DNA of 64,000 nt from NCBI GenBank assembly GCA_904063045.1, contig CAJFCJ010000002.1, forward strand, positions 124,001-188,000. The letters are read 5' to 3'. Position 1 is the first letter of the stretch, and every line of letters begins with the position of its first letter. Made by a program: the position numbers and the translations under genes. The DNA comes from Dimorphilus gyrociliatus. Its lineage: Eukaryota; Animalia; Annelida. Positions 63,096 through 64,000 of this stretch are shown here, in pieces. The notes under the pieces are model-generated. The model ran no database searches and was not told the origin of the DNA. It was given only the letters and a program-made list of their open reading frames with translations.

Positions 63096-64000
63096 ATGTT
63101 ATTTAGTCCTCTTTCACCAAACATCAGTAAAAGTGCTTTAACATCGATAAGAAGACGACTATCAAATGCTTCCCCGCGTATTTGTCCAACACCTCCTAGA
63201 CGGAGCTCTTTGGCTATTAATTCAATTATATATCAAAATAGGGGGCCGTCTGCTAATTTAACAACACCTACTTCTCCTGCTGTATTTAATTTCAACGAAT
63301 TGCCTAGAAAGTCAGTTACAGAGATTACCAATAGTCCTTTAAGTGCAATAAAAAATAGGCGACCTTCTATTAGATTAGAGAAACTCATTGGTGCAGGAGG
63401 ATTTGGAAAAGTGTACGCAGGAAGATGGAATGGACGGAAAGTAGCCATTAAGAAATTAAAGAAGAAGACAGCTAGAGATGAATGTATAACATCGGAAGAG
63501 TACGCTCTAAATTTTTCACACCCAAATATTGTTCGTGTATTTTGGGTAGATACAATTGATAGCTGTGAAGCAGAAACTATAATTGTTATGGAATATGCAG
63601 GAAGAAAGAATTTGCAACATATAATTGACAATTACGACGAAGTATTACCTATGAATACAAGAATAAGATATCTGACTGACTTACTGAAAGCTCTTGAATA
63701 CATGCATTCTAAAGACTTTGTTCATTTAGATGTTAAACCAGCCAATATTATTATTGATTCAGTAACAGATACTTGTAAATTGGGAGATTTTGGTTGTGTA
63801 CAAAAGCTGGGAGATTCTCACTCAGTGGAGAGTAATGTTGTTGGTACTTATGCCTACAGGGCACCAGAACTTTTTAGAGGTCAATATCCTTCTGATAAGT
63901 CTGATATATACTCTACGGGCATAAGCATGTGGCAAATGAAAGAGAGGAGAGTACCTTACGAAAATGTACATCATCATATAATAGCATTTAAAGTTGTATC
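63096..64000 (+). CDS. MOS: Mos serine/threonine kinase (MAPKKK of oocyte meiosis), intronless so far, truncated at the window end
   Basis: LIGAGGFGKVY, VAIKK, HPNIVRV, IVMEYAG..NLQHII, VHLDVKPANI, CKLGDFGC, GTYAYRAPE, DIYS.GI..WQM..R.VPY. Missed by the ORF track because there is no stop codon in the window. Confidence 0.9.
   Translation, partial: MLFSPLSPNISKSALTSIRRRLSNASPRICPTPPRRSSLAINSIIYQNRGPSANLTTPTSPAVFNFNELPRKSVTEITNSPLSAIKNRRPSIRLEKLIGAGGFGKVYAGRWNGRKVAIKKLKKKTARDECITSEEYALNFSHPNIVRVFWVDTIDSCEAETIIVMEYAGRKNLQHIIDNYDEVLPMNTRIRYLTDLLKALEYMHSKDFVHLDVKPANIIIDSVTDTCKLGDFGCVQKLGDSHSVESNVVGTYAYRAPELFRGQYPSDKSDIYSTGISMWQMKERRVPYENVHHHIIAFKVV

Noticed and set aside
1-64000. CRISPR arrays, rRNA, transposases/retroelements and prokaryote-type systems
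   Set aside because: None seen; the window is intron-containing animal DNA with no regular repeat-spacer array or TE ORF.

Overview
Gene-dense, AT-rich eukaryotic (animal) DNA with mostly 45-80 nt GT-AG introns and very short intergenic spaces, so the ORF track fragments most genes. The gene set and the protostome-type miR-137 sequence suggest a compact-genome invertebrate. A miniaturised annelid such as Dimorphilus is a guess, not provable here. Genes in order: ZO-1/TJP (-, 3' end runs off the window), an orphan 2-exon gene (+), WDR36/UTP21 (-), TUT4/7 (+), REXO1 (-), SLC25A42 (+), NHP2 (+), mir-137 (+), RNF144 (-), DEK (+), DCAF7 (+), WDR49/CFAP337-like (+), a ~4,323-aa large lipid transfer protein (apolipophorin/apoB/vitellogenin superfamily, +), two head-to-head paralogous small membrane proteins, an MGAT4-like glycosyltransferase (-), TMED7 (+), a CoA-type Nudix hydrolase (-) and Mos kinase (+, truncated at the window end). 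No CRISPR array, rRNA, intact tRNA or recognisable transposase was found. The most interesting signals are: (1) the lipid-transfer gene, with a ~12.5 kb exon, a repetitive beta-belt region, a VWD-C8-VWA tail and a GATA/nuclear-receptor-rich control region; (2) the miR-137 locus, invisible to the ORF track and bracketed by CTCF-like motifs; (3) a phase-consistent chain of small upstream ZO-1 exons that would nest the orphan gene in an intron; (4) frame-preserving cassette microexons and a pre-miRNA-like hairpin in WDR49 introns; (5) the intron-containing/intronless paralog pair; (6) a Nudix enzyme with both a mitochondrial-type presequence and a C-terminal SKL. All exon models were assembled by eye and need RNA-seq confirmation.
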